In this document: positions 12,598-25,045 of the stretch, one piece after another | How positions within the stretch are numbered: position 1 is the first letter of the stretch | Layout: the number at the start of each line of letters is the position of its first letter | The notes under the pieces: generated by a model | Database searches by the model: none | The model's input: the letters and a program-made list of their open reading frames with translations, nothing else | What the model was told of the DNA's origin: nothing | Made by a program: the position numbers and the translations under genes | Origin: Stylophora pistillata | Lineage: Eukaryota | DNA: 64,000 nt | Direction of reading: 5' to 3' | Assembly: GCF_002571385.2 (NCBI RefSeq) | Contig: NW_019218157.1 | Location: 75,752-139,751, forward strand

Positions 12598-13330
12598 AAA
12601 ATTTGGCACGGTTGTGTTATTAGCGTCTCAGTAAGCAAATTCACTTTTATTTAATTTAGCGAATTCAATATAAGTTTATGTTCAAACCTTGCGACATCCG
12701 AGGGAAATGAAATAAATCCTGGCGCCTTATCAAAATTTTAAACCCGTTTTAAATTGTTAAGCGTTTACAAATATTTTCATTCTTATGACCAGTCTAATTA
12801 AATAATACGGAATTTGGTAAAAATTTGAATCGACAACAGAGTCTAACAGGGAGATATAAATTAAAAGGAGAAAAGACGTACGTGATGCTTCAAAGTAAAT
12901 AGAAAAAGAAATAATGGCTTTAAAAGAGAGAGAAAGACAGAATAGGATAGAATATGATATGCAAAAAGATAGAATGGAATGATCTTGCTAATTTCAAGAA
13001 AGTGAAAGGAAACAAAATGTCAAGCTGTTTAAACTTTTTCTTCTAAACATGACCAAAGGCACATGCACCTGTTGTTTAATTGGAACTTAGGACTGACACT
13101 AACGTTAATGCTTTGAATACGGAGAAGTGCTCAACAAGGTTAAATCAATCTGATTGGATGAGGAGATATAAACGACAATTAAAATAGGAGCGTTCTTAGC
13201 ATTTTACGGGCAAACAGCACGCGTAATTAAACCGATCTCTATAATTGCTTTTGTTGAGTGCGGTTTGTTAATAACTGTACTTTTGGCGAGCACAAACTTC
13301 GCCGTGTTTGAGATCAGAAGAAGGAACAAG

Positions 13331-14296
13331 ATGGCTTCACCAGAACAACAACTTGAAGCAATGGCGAAAGAAATGCAGTCGAGAAGCACAGTTTTAATTG
13401 TACTAGAGTCACTGGCTTTCGCCTTGATTCTATTATTGCTCTTCGTTGGAAACGCTGCAACTCTATTGATTATAGCGTTCAACAGCAGAATGAGAACCAC
13501 CACGAATGTGTTCGTTGCGTCACTAGCCATTTCAGATTTTCTTTTGGGAGTGCTTTCAGCGGGTCCAATCGCATTTCCTACGCTACTTCTGTCGAAATGG
13601 CCTTTTGATGATGCAACATGTCAGTATCAAGGCTATATCGCTGTAACCTTGGCAGTTGCGTCGACGCAAACGTTAGCTCTCATGGCAGTTAACCGATATT
13701 TTCGAATTGTAAGGCCAAGAAAGTACCAAACCTACTTCACCGTAAAGAAAACCCTAATCATGATTTTTCTTAGCTGGTTTTATTGCATGTGGGCGCCACT
13801 GCCATATCTCCTCAGTGGTTACAAGATGGTGTTTCACCCTTTCAAATTTTTTTGCTATCTCCAGATCGATAGCGGACCATTCACGGCGTTTTTAGTCACT
13901 GTGTATGTCGGGTTGCCGACTTGCATCATGGTCTTCTGTTACCTAAGAATATTCCAAACAATTCGAAGCCACAATAATAATTTTCGAGCTACAAGTGGGT
14001 CACGCAATGCGGTTCATGTGGAGGAAATCAGGATAACGCGAACATTGTTCGTAATTGTTGTTTTCTTTAATATTTGCTGGACACCTGTTTTTCTGATAGA
14101 CATGGTTGACACCATTCGAGGAAAGTGGTCGTTACCTCGGGAGGCGTACGTAGCATACACCTTTTTAGCAATAATTAGCAGTGCTCTAAACCCTGTCATA
14201 TATGGTGTATTGAACAAGAACTTTCAGCAAGAGTATCTGAAGATTTTCCGATGTAGATACTGCAGCTCACAAACATTTGTACAACAATTGAACTAA
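13331..14296 (+). CDS. Intronless rhodopsin-class (family A) GPCR, melatonin-receptor-like group of cnidarians
   Basis: Seven hydrophobic helices; GN in TM1, SLAISD in TM2, CQYQGY..MAVNRY (DRY variant), CWTP in TM6, NPVIY in TM7, helix 8 NKNFQQEY. ATG at 13331. Confidence 0.92.
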   Translation: MASPEQQLEAMAKEMQSRSTVLIVLESLAFALILLLLFVGNAATLLIIAFNSRMRTTTNVFVASLAISDFLLGVLSAGPIAFPTLLLSKWPFDDATCQYQGYIAVTLAVASTQTLALMAVNRYFRIVRPRKYQTYFTVKKTLIMIFLSWFYCMWAPLPYLLSGYKMVFHPFKFFCYLQIDSGPFTAFLVTVYVGLPTCIMVFCYLRIFQTIRSHNNNFRATSGSRNAVHVEEIRITRTLFVIVVFFNICWTPVFLIDMVDTIRGKWSLPREAYVAYTFLAIISSALNPVIYGVLNKNFQQEYLKIFRCRYCSSQTFVQQLN

Positions 14297-16927
14297 GGGG
14301 AAAGAGGCACTGGTTCTGTTGCTACTATGAAAAGCAGAATTTTTATTTATTTCTTTTATTTGAATTGTTATTATCGAATTATTATTGTAGTTAGATAGAT
14401 AGGTCAGTTTCTAGTATAGAATTAACTAAATTAACTGATGGAAAGACCGCGTAGAAATAAAGTTTTCCTATCCTATCCTATCCCATTTCTTTCCGTCACT
14501 TACCCCATTGAACTTTGTGAACTCCACCTTCTTGTTAACACGTACTCACTCTCTTGGCTTAAATTTACCCTGATGCCTCGAACTTTGATTAAAACGATGG
14601 TAGATAAACGTCAACTTCTCATGAGCTAATTGAAAGGGTTAATCTTTAATAGCGATTGATACGAAAGAACCCTCGCGAACTGGAATTATTTTTCGGGAGT
14701 TCGAGTTCGCTGGGTTCGTCTGTTCTTTGGTCCGAAAGTATTCAAAGGAGGAAAGCAGAAGTATGCTCGCAATCATTTTGATTCCGCAGAAAGTAGAACT
14801 AACCCACAGAGGAAGTTATTTATTGAATCATGAGAACATCAATTGAAAATATAATGTCCATCTGCTGAAGAGGGATTTCGAACCTTTTAATTTACGTCAA
14901 ATACATCCGATCTTTCACGGTCTTAACGAGGGCAAACTTTGGCCGCCGTCGAGTGTAGTATGAACGACTTTCCTTGCCCGTGTGAAGACAACGTTGACTA
15001 GGATCCTTAAAGAGCAGTTTTCAGATGTTTACAGATTTGACATAAAAGGTATAATAAATAAATAAATAGAGTTATGTTGAGAGATACTAGTTAAAAAAAA
15101 GAAAAATGTTGTTAGGTTATCGAAACCAGATTCAAATTGAGCGTTTACCTTACCTTACTGAGCTCGGATCTTGATCAGATTTTTACCGAAGCGTCAGGTT
15201 TACGTCTTACGACAGCCAACTGACAGAAATCCACTTTAGATCAACGATGAATAATCAAGCACACTGCACCACTCATTTATATATCTGCCCTAACGGCTGG
15301 TACGTGTCGCCAATTTAGGCGGAGGTCACGAAATCCCTCTGACCAACTAAATGATACTTAGTTAAGGTATTGTTGGCAGCCGGCTCAATAGGTCACTCGA
15401 TAGGCCATATTTCCGGTTTTAAAAGTGAAAGTCGATTTAATTTTGTCATCAGTTGGTTATGATCATTGACAGATAGTTGAAGCACCCTTGAAAATAGCTA
15501 CATACTGGAACATGGAAATGATCAGACCTCAATCGTTGTATGGCCAGATTTAGGATACACATTTAGCCTTCTAAACTTCGTGTCTGAAGGTTGGGGGAAG
15601 CACTTCAGAAAATCGGAGAAGCGTCTTACGAAGCCTGGCCGGTCAATTTTGAACCCACTCTGGTGCGTTTCCTTCCATAAGAGCAAAACTCTTCTTAAGT
15701 TCAAGCCCTTGCCAAATATTTGATCTTTTGTTTACATTTTGTTTAAAATAAAAACTCGTCAAAGTTTGTCCGATGTAAAGGAAATGGTGAATTAAAAATT
15801 GAAAAATAGTCGATCAGTGTGCGTTTCATTTATTTCTTTAATTTCTTTTTTTCCATGCAGACTGCGAATTCAGTATATCAAGACGAGATGAGAACAGTTC
15901 GCGAGAAAAACTAAGCTACGACAAACAAAGGTCAATTTGTCATTTCTCTTTTATCTTACGTGTACGTCCACGAGTACACAATTTTGGAGTTACGTGCTCG
16001 TAAAATGCAATAGAGTATTGCAAGTGCGGACGTGTTTTCCGGGGTTGAGAGTTTCCTAAACCGATCAGAGGCGAGGTAAAGCAAAAACAAAGTAATCCCC
16101 GATTGCTTAGGACACGGTTGAAATTGCTCAATTGTGCCTTCCGTCGCTGAAGCTCCTGACATCGCTGGACTATGATCGGACCACACGCCTGAACTTAGAG
16201 CTGAAAACCGGATACGTCTATGGATGTGTTAGCGACTTCAGTTAAATCTTCAATATGCATAAAATTACCTTGTAATCTGAATGAAAATAATTTATTTCGT
16301 TTGACTTGTACAACATTTTCATCCCAATTGTTCTGAAAATTTAAGTAAAGCGTATTTGAGACAGGAAGTTTTGTTACCTCTTTTTACAATGATTTCATAA
16401 TGACGTGGGGGGCTTATGCTGGTGATCCTTCGCAGCAGCATAAATTCCAGTGTACTGAAACATCTCTGACACAGCAAAATCGAATCACAAGCAGGCACGT
16501 ACGTAGTTAGCAAAATCGAAAGGCAGCAGGACGAATGTAAACATTTCCGGAAACTAGCTTCAGGAATTTTAAGGTAATTTTGGGAGGGAACTCTTTGATC
16601 TTATTTCACTGCAGGAGAACTCTCGATACCACAAGTGAAGCGGATCCGGCACAGAAAGAAATATATCTAGAAGGACGGGAATTGTTTTAATCTACTGAAA
16701 ATTAATTTTCTTCCTGATGTTGATTTTGCCGCCGTTACCAATGTGGCAAGCTAAACGACTTTTATCAAATTTTTTTTTTAAGCAGCATAGACCAAATACT
16801 TTCAAATGTGCCCAGTTCCCTGCCATATCTCCTTTCCCCCCACCCTCTCCCCCTCTTTCGGAATCGATAAACAGCGGTGAATCACAAAGTGCATCGTGTT
16901 CTCTTCATTGCATAACACTTAATAGAA

Positions 16928-17973
16928 CTATTTTTTTTTCTTTTTTCTTGAGAACGATCTTTTAGCAAGCGGCAGATGTTGGGTTGTTTTTGGTCGTCTT
17001 TCCATCACTACAGATGGCTCAATCTTCGCTCGATTGCGGCAATATCTGCGGCGAAATACTTTCAGATACTCCCTTCGAAAATTTTTGTTAAGTAAACCGT
17101 ATATGATAGGGTTTAGAGAACCGCTAACTGTAGCTAGGAAGCTATATGCTACGTACGTTTCCCGAGGGAAAATCCACTTCCCATTTAAGGTGTCGACGAT
17201 GTCTATCAACATTACTGGGGTCCAGCAAATATTGAAAAACAATACAATGATAAAAAGCAATCGAGCTGTCTTAATCTCTTCCACATTTAGTTGGTTTCCT
17301 CTTAATGCAATGCTATGGACATTATCGTTATGGCTTCGCACAGTCTCAAATATTCTCAGGTAGCAGTACATTACAACGAGAGTTGGAAGCCCAATGTAAA
17401 CAGTTACCATATACGCCATGAACGGTCCGCTATCGATCTGAAGATAACAGAAGAACTTGAATGGATGAAACACCATCTTGTGACTACTTAGGATGTACGG
17501 CAAAGGAGCCCAACTGGAATAGAACCACGACAAACCGATCATGATGACAGTTTTTTTTTCTTGGTACAGCAACTTCGGTACTTTGATGAGTGGACAATTC
17601 GATAAAATCGGTTCACTGCCATCAGGGCCATTGTTTGCATTGAAGCAACGGCTAAAACAATGACAATGTATCCATGATACTGACAAGTCCTGTCACTGAA
17701 AGGATACTTGGATAACACCAGGGTTGGAAAACAAATGGGAACTGTCACTAAAATTCCTAACAAGAGGTCTGTGATAGCGAGTGACGCAACGAACAAGTTC
17801 GGAATAGTTCGCATGCGACTGTTTAATGCCACAACCACGAGGGTAGCTGCGTTACCAACAACCGAAAAGAACAAAATGAGCGCATAGAGCCCTGCCTCCA
17901 GGACAATTTTGATCTTGCTCCTCGAGTTCAGCTCCTTTAACATTTCTGTCAAATGGATATCTGAGGAATTCAT
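16928..17973 (-). pseudogene. Paralogous intronless GPCR split by a frameshift in an A9 run (17551-17559); pseudogene or assembly indel
   Basis: ORF 17973-17539 gives TM1-TM3 (GNAA, SLAITD, MAVNRF) and ORF 17686-16928 gives TM4-TM7 (WAPLPY, CWTP, NPIIY). The frames join at CCTKK(K)/KTVIMI, collinear with FTVKKTLIMI of the paralogue. Confidence 0.85.
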
Positions 17974-19657
17974 GATTTCGTGTAAGAGTTCGGGAATTGA
18001 TTATTTTCAGATTCATATCCAGCTGTCGGTTAAAGTGACAAAGGCGGTTGATCTAAGCACAATTAAGACACGACTAGTGTTTCATTTTACGTTTCAAATA
18101 AATTAATGTCAAAGTCGACGAATTACCCTTGCTCGCATGGGTCAGAAAACATGTTGTTCTGTTCAATAAGGAACAATCGGATGGTCTCGTAAAAGCTACA
18201 GATCGGCAGGTGTGTGTTTCTAATTGATTTTTCTGTTTACTCTAAACTTCGTCGCTTTGTGGCTGAAACTGAGTGAATGAATAAATGTATATTCTGCGAA
18301 TGGCCTCATCAAAATTATGTTCGATATTCCTGTTTTTAATGAGGACGTCTCGGCTCAATTTTTTTTCTCTACGCGAGCACTCCTGTGAAACACAACCTTT
18401 TCACTTTTCTTAATAAAATATCAACTATAAAGGGTTTAACCACCTGATTTTGACAGAATGTCATCGTATATCGGGAAAAGCTTCTCAGGATAGCCAAAGA
18501 AGTTCAAGAAGTAACCAGGAGTTTATAGAGTCTTAAACTTCTAGCCCTTTGAAGAATCCGTGCTAAACTGACTCGAAAGAACATGGATCATGGACCGGAC
18601 TCCTGCTGCAAGTACTTCGCATTTTGCATTTCCAAATTCCAAGCTTATAAAAAACGACAACAATCGTATTATTTGACTCATCTTCCGTTCTTTCTCAAGC
18701 AGATTAAACAATTCGACTTTCAATTTAATTTTCTTTTTGACACTCTCCATTTCTTACCCTGCCTCAGTATTCTTTGATCTGCAAATAACATTTAAAAGCA
18801 ATAATATTTGAATTATTAATAACCTTTTCGCCCACGCGGATTACCTCAAAGGTGAGAGTTACTTGGTCTAGCTGTGCAGTGTAGCTTATCACCTGGCTCT
18901 CCTTTGTTCCATTCTTGATTAAGGTTTTTCTCCCCTAGTAAATTAATTAATTGTTTACTATTGTTATTGATTATGTGTAGATATTGCGTTTAAATCATTC
19001 ATAACATGTAGCATATTTGCCCGAAGTCAAATTTACCTTGTTTGATTGTTTCCGCTCAATTTCGGTGCCTTTGTTTGCCACTTTCTAGCTATCTGCAGTC
19101 TTTCCGAGTTAAAACATTCAAAAGAGTAATCCTCAAATTTTTAATTATAAATATGATGAATTTTAGCGTGAAAGCCGAAGAAAATGACTGCCAAATCGGG
19201 TATCACTCAATATTAGTATCGTTTCGTGAAATAAATCTTTTAGGTATGACAGTTTGATAGTAGTATGGAGGAACAAAACGTTGGGTGTTAGCAAGCTTTA
19301 AATATAAACATGATTGGATTAAGTTTACTGATGGCTCGTGCCTCGCATAGCACTAATCTCACTAATCACGACTGGTTTGCTGGATAAATATACTAAAATG
19401 TTCTAAATTTATTTATGGGCTGTAGTGACAAAAGCATGCACAATATAGTAAGTTATGATTCATGTCAAGGTGTAAGAGGACAGAATTGAGCCTGTGTTAA
19501 ACCCGTTTAATCCAAACGAATAGAATTAATATTGGCGAGATTGACAATCATTATTTCAATCTTCATCTTTTCTTCTGACATCATCGTCGACGACATTAGA
19601 TTAGCCTTAGGCCAGATTCATACCAGGTCCCATCTGAATATGTAATTATCGTTTATG

Positions 19658-22600
19658 TCACTGCTGTTTTGACAAAATTGATGTTCCTGAGCCCTCTCTC
19701 TTTTTTAAAATCTGGGTAATCTTTACGCCGGGATGAGGCCCTTTTTCAACATCCTGTTGGCCACCTACCCCACATTCTACGTTTGCAGGCCAATCACAAA
19801 CACTTAGCTTAGGACTGAACAAGAGTCCCTCCGGACAATGCTTCCAATAAGTGATCCCATTGGAACAATGATAAAAGCTGCTGCAATCGTTTGGGTCAGC
19901 ATATAAACCACTGGGTTTTCCATTGCAAAACTTCTCATCTGGCTCTAGGAGACAAAAATAGTGACGTAATTATTTATTAGCAAAGGCAACCGTTATCTGG
20001 ACCTCTCATTTCCACGCGAAGAAAAAAAATGAAAAATTAAAGGAAACACCAAAATGAGGACTGGATAGAGCCAGAAACAGAAGATAGGGATTGCCACCTG
20101 GATAGAATTTTTAGTTTTAAAAGACAGCAGAGCAACATGGTAGACAGCTAACTGGTCATGTCTTGGAGAAGAAAAAGGATCTAGTGAAGGAGGCTATACT
20201 GATCAGTCCTTACCTTCAGGGGGTTTGGAAGTGGGTGATGTCGGGGACGGTGAGGGTCTATTATTTCCCCCAACTGTTGTCGGAGGTGCAGAACTAGTTT
20301 GGACCACACCACCACTTACAGATGACCCTCCTGCCGAGGTGGGTAGCTTAGATGTTGGCAGAGGTTGACTGCCAGACGGACTGCTACTTGCAGTTGGCGT
20401 AGGCTGGGTACCTCCCTCTGTTCCTGAAGCTGGCGCGCTAGTTGGACCAATAGCTGTCAGTCAGGATGCATAGGTAAATTCAATTTTAAGTCAGTTTACT
20501 TAGCCCGGTTTTCGTGGCATAAAAATTCAGGAGTAGTTTCATTAAATGATAGCCCATATCAGGTTACCGCCGGCAGTTCCGATCCGGGATCACAGATTGG
20601 TGCGTCTAATGTTGTTGTTCATTAAGGTGTTTTGTCAACTACGGACAAGCTGACTCTGCCGGCTCAAATAGACTCTATTGTGACGAAAGTGTTCTTTTAG
20701 TTAGGTGCAATTGCAAAGGTTTTTTTTTTTCCAAACCTATCTTACTTTTCATTCAGTGAAGTAAATCTAAGGATGACTTGTCACCAAAACAGATTTTTGA
20801 AGTATCCCAAACGTTCCCCCCCCCCCCAATGTTTCAAAAACATTACATCGAAGGAAGTTTAGATTAAAGTTTATATCTTGACGTATGGGATTCTTTTCAT
20901 TTACTGACGTTGTTCACTTTTTCCGTCTTGTCCATAGCATTTTATACTCTCTGGATTGCTATCTGTAAGAGAAATGAAAGGCAAGGGAATCACGAAATTG
21001 TCGCTGCTGTTGAGAGTTTTATACTTTGATTTCACAAATGGTTGTTGTTTCAGCTTGAAAGTCGGTTTGGTTCGGCAGGGAACCAAATTCTGATCACGGC
21101 GGCTAGTCCGAAGTATCAACCTTTTCCTCACACAATCCCCCACGGGGATCAGGAATGGTGACACTTCAGGCTACTAAGCGGTGGGAGGCGATCGGTTTTA
21201 CTTCGCTGACATCTCAACCCCGACAAAAAAGTAGAGGCTGCAACTTATAACCACAAAATTGGATCGAGCTAAGAGATTTGGGCTTTTTCCGTAGGATGTC
21301 ACTCTAAAGTTGCTTTCAGTCAACTCCCGGTCTCCAAAAGTTCCAGAAAAAGCTACGTTTGTGTTCTCAAAATGATCTCTCGTCTCTGACTGCTTTCGGC
21401 ACCTACTTTTACTATACCAAAATACTCAAGGCACAAGTGGATTCATTCCCTGTCCCAGGCCATACCTTAATTGTAAAGATACCAATAAGATTTCCCTCTA
21501 CCAGGAATGAACTATGTATATGGGGAGTTCACATTGCCTCCTAGAAGCAGCAATACCTGGATTAAACCCCGAGTACTGTAAATCCGTGGGAATATTCACG
21601 TCGTTTTTAACGTAAGGCACCGTGGTTACCAGTTGCTCGCCACTGATGCTGGTTATCCTAAACTTTTTTGGAAATTTAATCTCTCCCAATCCGCTGATGA
21701 TAAAGTAGTTGTCTGCCGATCGTTTCATACAAACCCACTTGTTATTGTGTTCGATCTCCATACCAACAGTTACCACCCTGATAAATTCGATTTTAAGAAG
21801 AAAAATAAGAAAAAGAAAACGAAAAGAATAGAAATGCAGCGAAGTAGAGGACAGAAGGTCTCGAAACAGTCACCAATAGCCCAATTCCGAACTCCCTTTA
21901 GCCTCTTTGACAAAGCGAGCCCTGTTGCCCATCATTTGATGTGATAATATGTAAATTGAACTCATTTCACAATGCTTGATCAACAGGCCTCACCTCGTTT
22001 TGAAAAGAGGCCAAAGGGAATTCGGAAATGGCCTAATTATACATGGATTTTTGTCTACCCAAAGTGCAATTCTATAATTGTTTTAGCTAAACAATTTACG
22101 TCATTTCAATTCCGAAACTTTTCGGCTGTAGTTAGTAGCTTCAATGAATAGATGCCAAAATGTACTTATGATGTTGCTTTCTGGTATTTCAAAATAATGT
22201 TTTTATTTCAACTGAGTTGATAATGCAATTGATAATTCGTTTCCAGTTTTAACCCTTTGTCACAGCGAATAGCCCTGAGGCAGGGGCGGATCCAGGAATT
22301 TTTGATTGAGAGGTCCAAACTTTGGTTCAGAAAGGACTGTTGGACTCTTTTGAGGCAAATTACTTCTTCCCCACAACCCCCACACCGCCTCCCACCAGTC
22401 GCGGTTACACGTTATAATTCCTTGGCCGCTTACCGTTTACTTGGATTCATTAATTTAAAAGATCAGCCAGTTAAAAAGTAATATACGATCCTGCGGATGT
22501 AAGAATTTCAGTCTCAAAGTTGTAAGAGTCAGGTCTGATGGGGGGGGGTCCGGACCCCCGGATCCTCCCCCTGGATCTGCCACTGTGAGGGGCAAACGCT

Positions 22601-24874
22601 CGTAAAGTCAGCTTTATAGAAACTATTTACGGTGGCCTATTTACTTTATCAACACAATTGATAAAACAATGATTTATTTTAAGCCCTTCGTCCACGCAGC
22701 ACCGCAGATTCTATATAAACTTCCTTCTTAATCATTTATGGTTTTTTTTTAGTCAGAATCGCATTTGACTCGAATGACGATGTATCTTAGCCTTCAGTTT
22801 GGTCATTTATAATTACAATTATTTTGGACGTTGGTGAACTGACATATAAGCGTTGGCCAACTGACATTAGACGTTAGCGAATCGACCTCATGCGTTGATG
22901 AACTGTTCTTTGGCGAACTAATGCGTTGGCGAAACGACCGGTTACCTTCAGGAATGCCTTAGGTTATGTTTTGTACAGCTCGCAGAACACCTCTACTCTC
23001 TTGCGTCCAATTATATGATTATAAATCGTTTAAGGAAAGGACTATACTATTCGTCTAATTCACTAACTCTGAGTTCCGAGCTTGCAGTTTTATGTACCAG
23101 TTGTGGCTGCCTGCGAACCGTAATTGAATTTTTCCCTGTTCACCTGGTACAGTGGGGCACTCAATTGCCTTGAAAGAGGTCTTGTACTTACCAAAGCCTT
23201 TTATGTAGAAATCAAAACCAGCTGCATGGAGTAAAAATATAAGCAAAAATTTAGATTACTCGCAAAATTCAAAATTTATGTAAAAGTGAAAACGAAGAAA
23301 AAGGAGGGAAGAAGAAGGCCAGATAAACCAACTGTTACTCATGCCCTTGCGTTCTATACTGCTGATGGCAAACACATAGAAAACCCAAACATTTTGAAAT
23401 TAAACCAACAGTGATAGAAAGCAACCTCAATAGGTTTTATGCTTTTCAAACCCCAGTTTCTATAGGTTCGATTTGCACATTTTGCGCTTGGGCGCTCTGC
23501 TCGAAACTCCGAGTACAAAACACGGTTTGAGGAAATTAATCAACAATCTATCTTCTAGTGATATAATATTCTCGATCGAGCTTTGGTAGTTATGTCGGTA
23601 GATTTAGCTGTTACTGTTGCCGTGGTTGTTGGACATAAGCGGACTCGCTCAAGTTTTTACGACAGACTTATAACCAATGTACCTTGTTTGCATCCTCCAC
23701 AAAGGTCCCAAATAGTTGCCTTATAGGTGCCTTTCATCGGTGTTGGCCCTCCGCTGGCGGAGTTGGCCTGTTCCCCGTTGGCATTAATTTCAATGCACAT
23801 ACCACACCCAAGGGACTTCTGATAGTCAGCTTCACCAGCTGCAACCAGCATCCAATCAGGCAGCTTGTTCAGCGGTGATGCAGGATCTAAAGCGCATGCT
23901 CCACCTCCAGGGTAATCATTATAGTACGTGCTCTAACCGAGAGAGAGAGAGAGAGAGAGCGAAATTTAATTCCAGATCGCTCTTCAGTTTTTATTGGAGG
24001 TGGTGTACCGAAAATTGCCCTAAATTGCCAATGTATCTGGAACATTTTGACATTTGTTACTATACATCTCTTAGGTAACGCTAGATTACCACCAATCTTC
24101 TTAAGCTTATTGCTATAATTGTTGTCGCTGTTTGTTTGTTTGTTTGTCTGTTTATTTGTTTGCATTTCCATTGTCTGACTGCAGCCAAGACAACAAAGAA
24201 ATCATTTCAAAAGACGATTCTAGGGCTTGGGCGTTCACGTTTATGAAACCTTTGTTGCATGTACCATCAAACTTTCGAGATGTAATCGGCTTTTCTAAGT
24301 CTTTTTATTGAAAAACATTACTTACATTTCCATCAGTAGCTTGCACATATCGACTCCATATTGCCTTCACATTTTCCATGCTTGTTTGAGCCTAAAATCA
24401 CAAGCAAAAAGAATAAAATTAATTCCTCAATTGAAATCTCGAGCTCAAGGGATATATGGCACTGTGAAAAGCATAGAATTTTAAAGTAACATTTCACCAG
24501 CAGTTTGTGGTAGAAATTGGAGAGTTGTCGTCAAGAATAGGATATCAACCAAACACTGAATGGCACCACAAAAAATTTTCGATAATTTCTTCTGCACACA
24601 ACAATGAAAAACTGGCAACCAGAAGGCCTCAGATTAAGACAAAGACCGCTGAGAGAAAAGGCTCTAGCGCGAGAATCGAGGTTAATGATCCATGGCCCAC
24701 TGCCTGCTTACGATTCTGTTGTGTTTAAAAAATTGTACCCGCAAAAAGTTGTTGATTAATAATGATAACATTTCTAAAAATAATCTATTTGAAAAAGATA
24801 TTCTGACTGACCTGAAGGTTGGTTCCTTTGAGAAGAAGAATGCAGATAAGCAACGAAAACTCCAAAACATCCAT
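19658..24874 (-). CDS. Secreted expansin-like protein (DPBB + CBM63) fused through a Ser/Thr/Pro linker to a CBM14 peritrophin-A chitin-binding domain, 444 aa. Coding exons 24874-24812, 24391-24326, 23932-23683, 23221-23068, 21777-21557, 20962-20909, 20453-20214, 19944-19658
   Basis: All introns are GT-AG with consistent phases; exons sum to 1335 nt in an open frame. Signal peptide MDVLEFSLLICILLLKGTNLQA. Domain 1 GNSTYY..GGGACALDP..GCGMCIEI..TIWDLCGGCKQAGFDF. Domain 2 GSHNWYIKLQARN..MEI..KWVCMKRSADNYF..FRITSISGEQ. CBM14 C-x13-C-x5-C-x9-C-x12-C-x7-C (CNGKPSGLYADPNDCSSFYHCSNGITYWKHCPEGLLFSPKLSVCDWPANVEC). Confidence 0.9.
21875..22037. mobile_element. About 165-bp hairpin MITE (ATAGCC.ATTCCGAA...TTCGGAAATGGCCTA) in an expansin intron
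   Basis: Inverted termini; a second family member lies at 61339-61507. Confidence 0.7.
22281..22585. mobile_element. MITE with CAG-ended TIRs and 5-bp target duplication TGAGG (hAT5-like), inserted into a decayed Penelope/hammerhead repeat
   Basis: TGAGG|CAGGGGCGGATCCAGG...CCTGGATCTGCCACTG|TGAGG; the flanks resemble the repeat at 34730-34920. Confidence 0.7.
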
Positions 24875-24924
24875 CTACAAAATGAACGGTAAAGGATAAA
24901 AAGAAAAGAAACAAAATAACAATT

Positions 24925-24948
24925 ATAGTGATGATAGTGATAAAGATG

Positions 24949-24984
<36 letters not shown>

Positions 24985-25045
24985 TCAATGATATCAATAA
25001 TGATATCAATAATGATAATAATAATGATAACAACAATAATAATAT
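24925..25045. repeat. (AAT/GAT)n microsatellite
   Basis: Direct reading. Confidence 0.9.

Noticed and set aside
19658-24874. Bacterial or symbiont contamination as the source of the expansin
   Set aside because: The gene has canonical GT-AG introns containing repeat families also found elsewhere in the window, and there is no assembly gap between it and the flanking animal genes.
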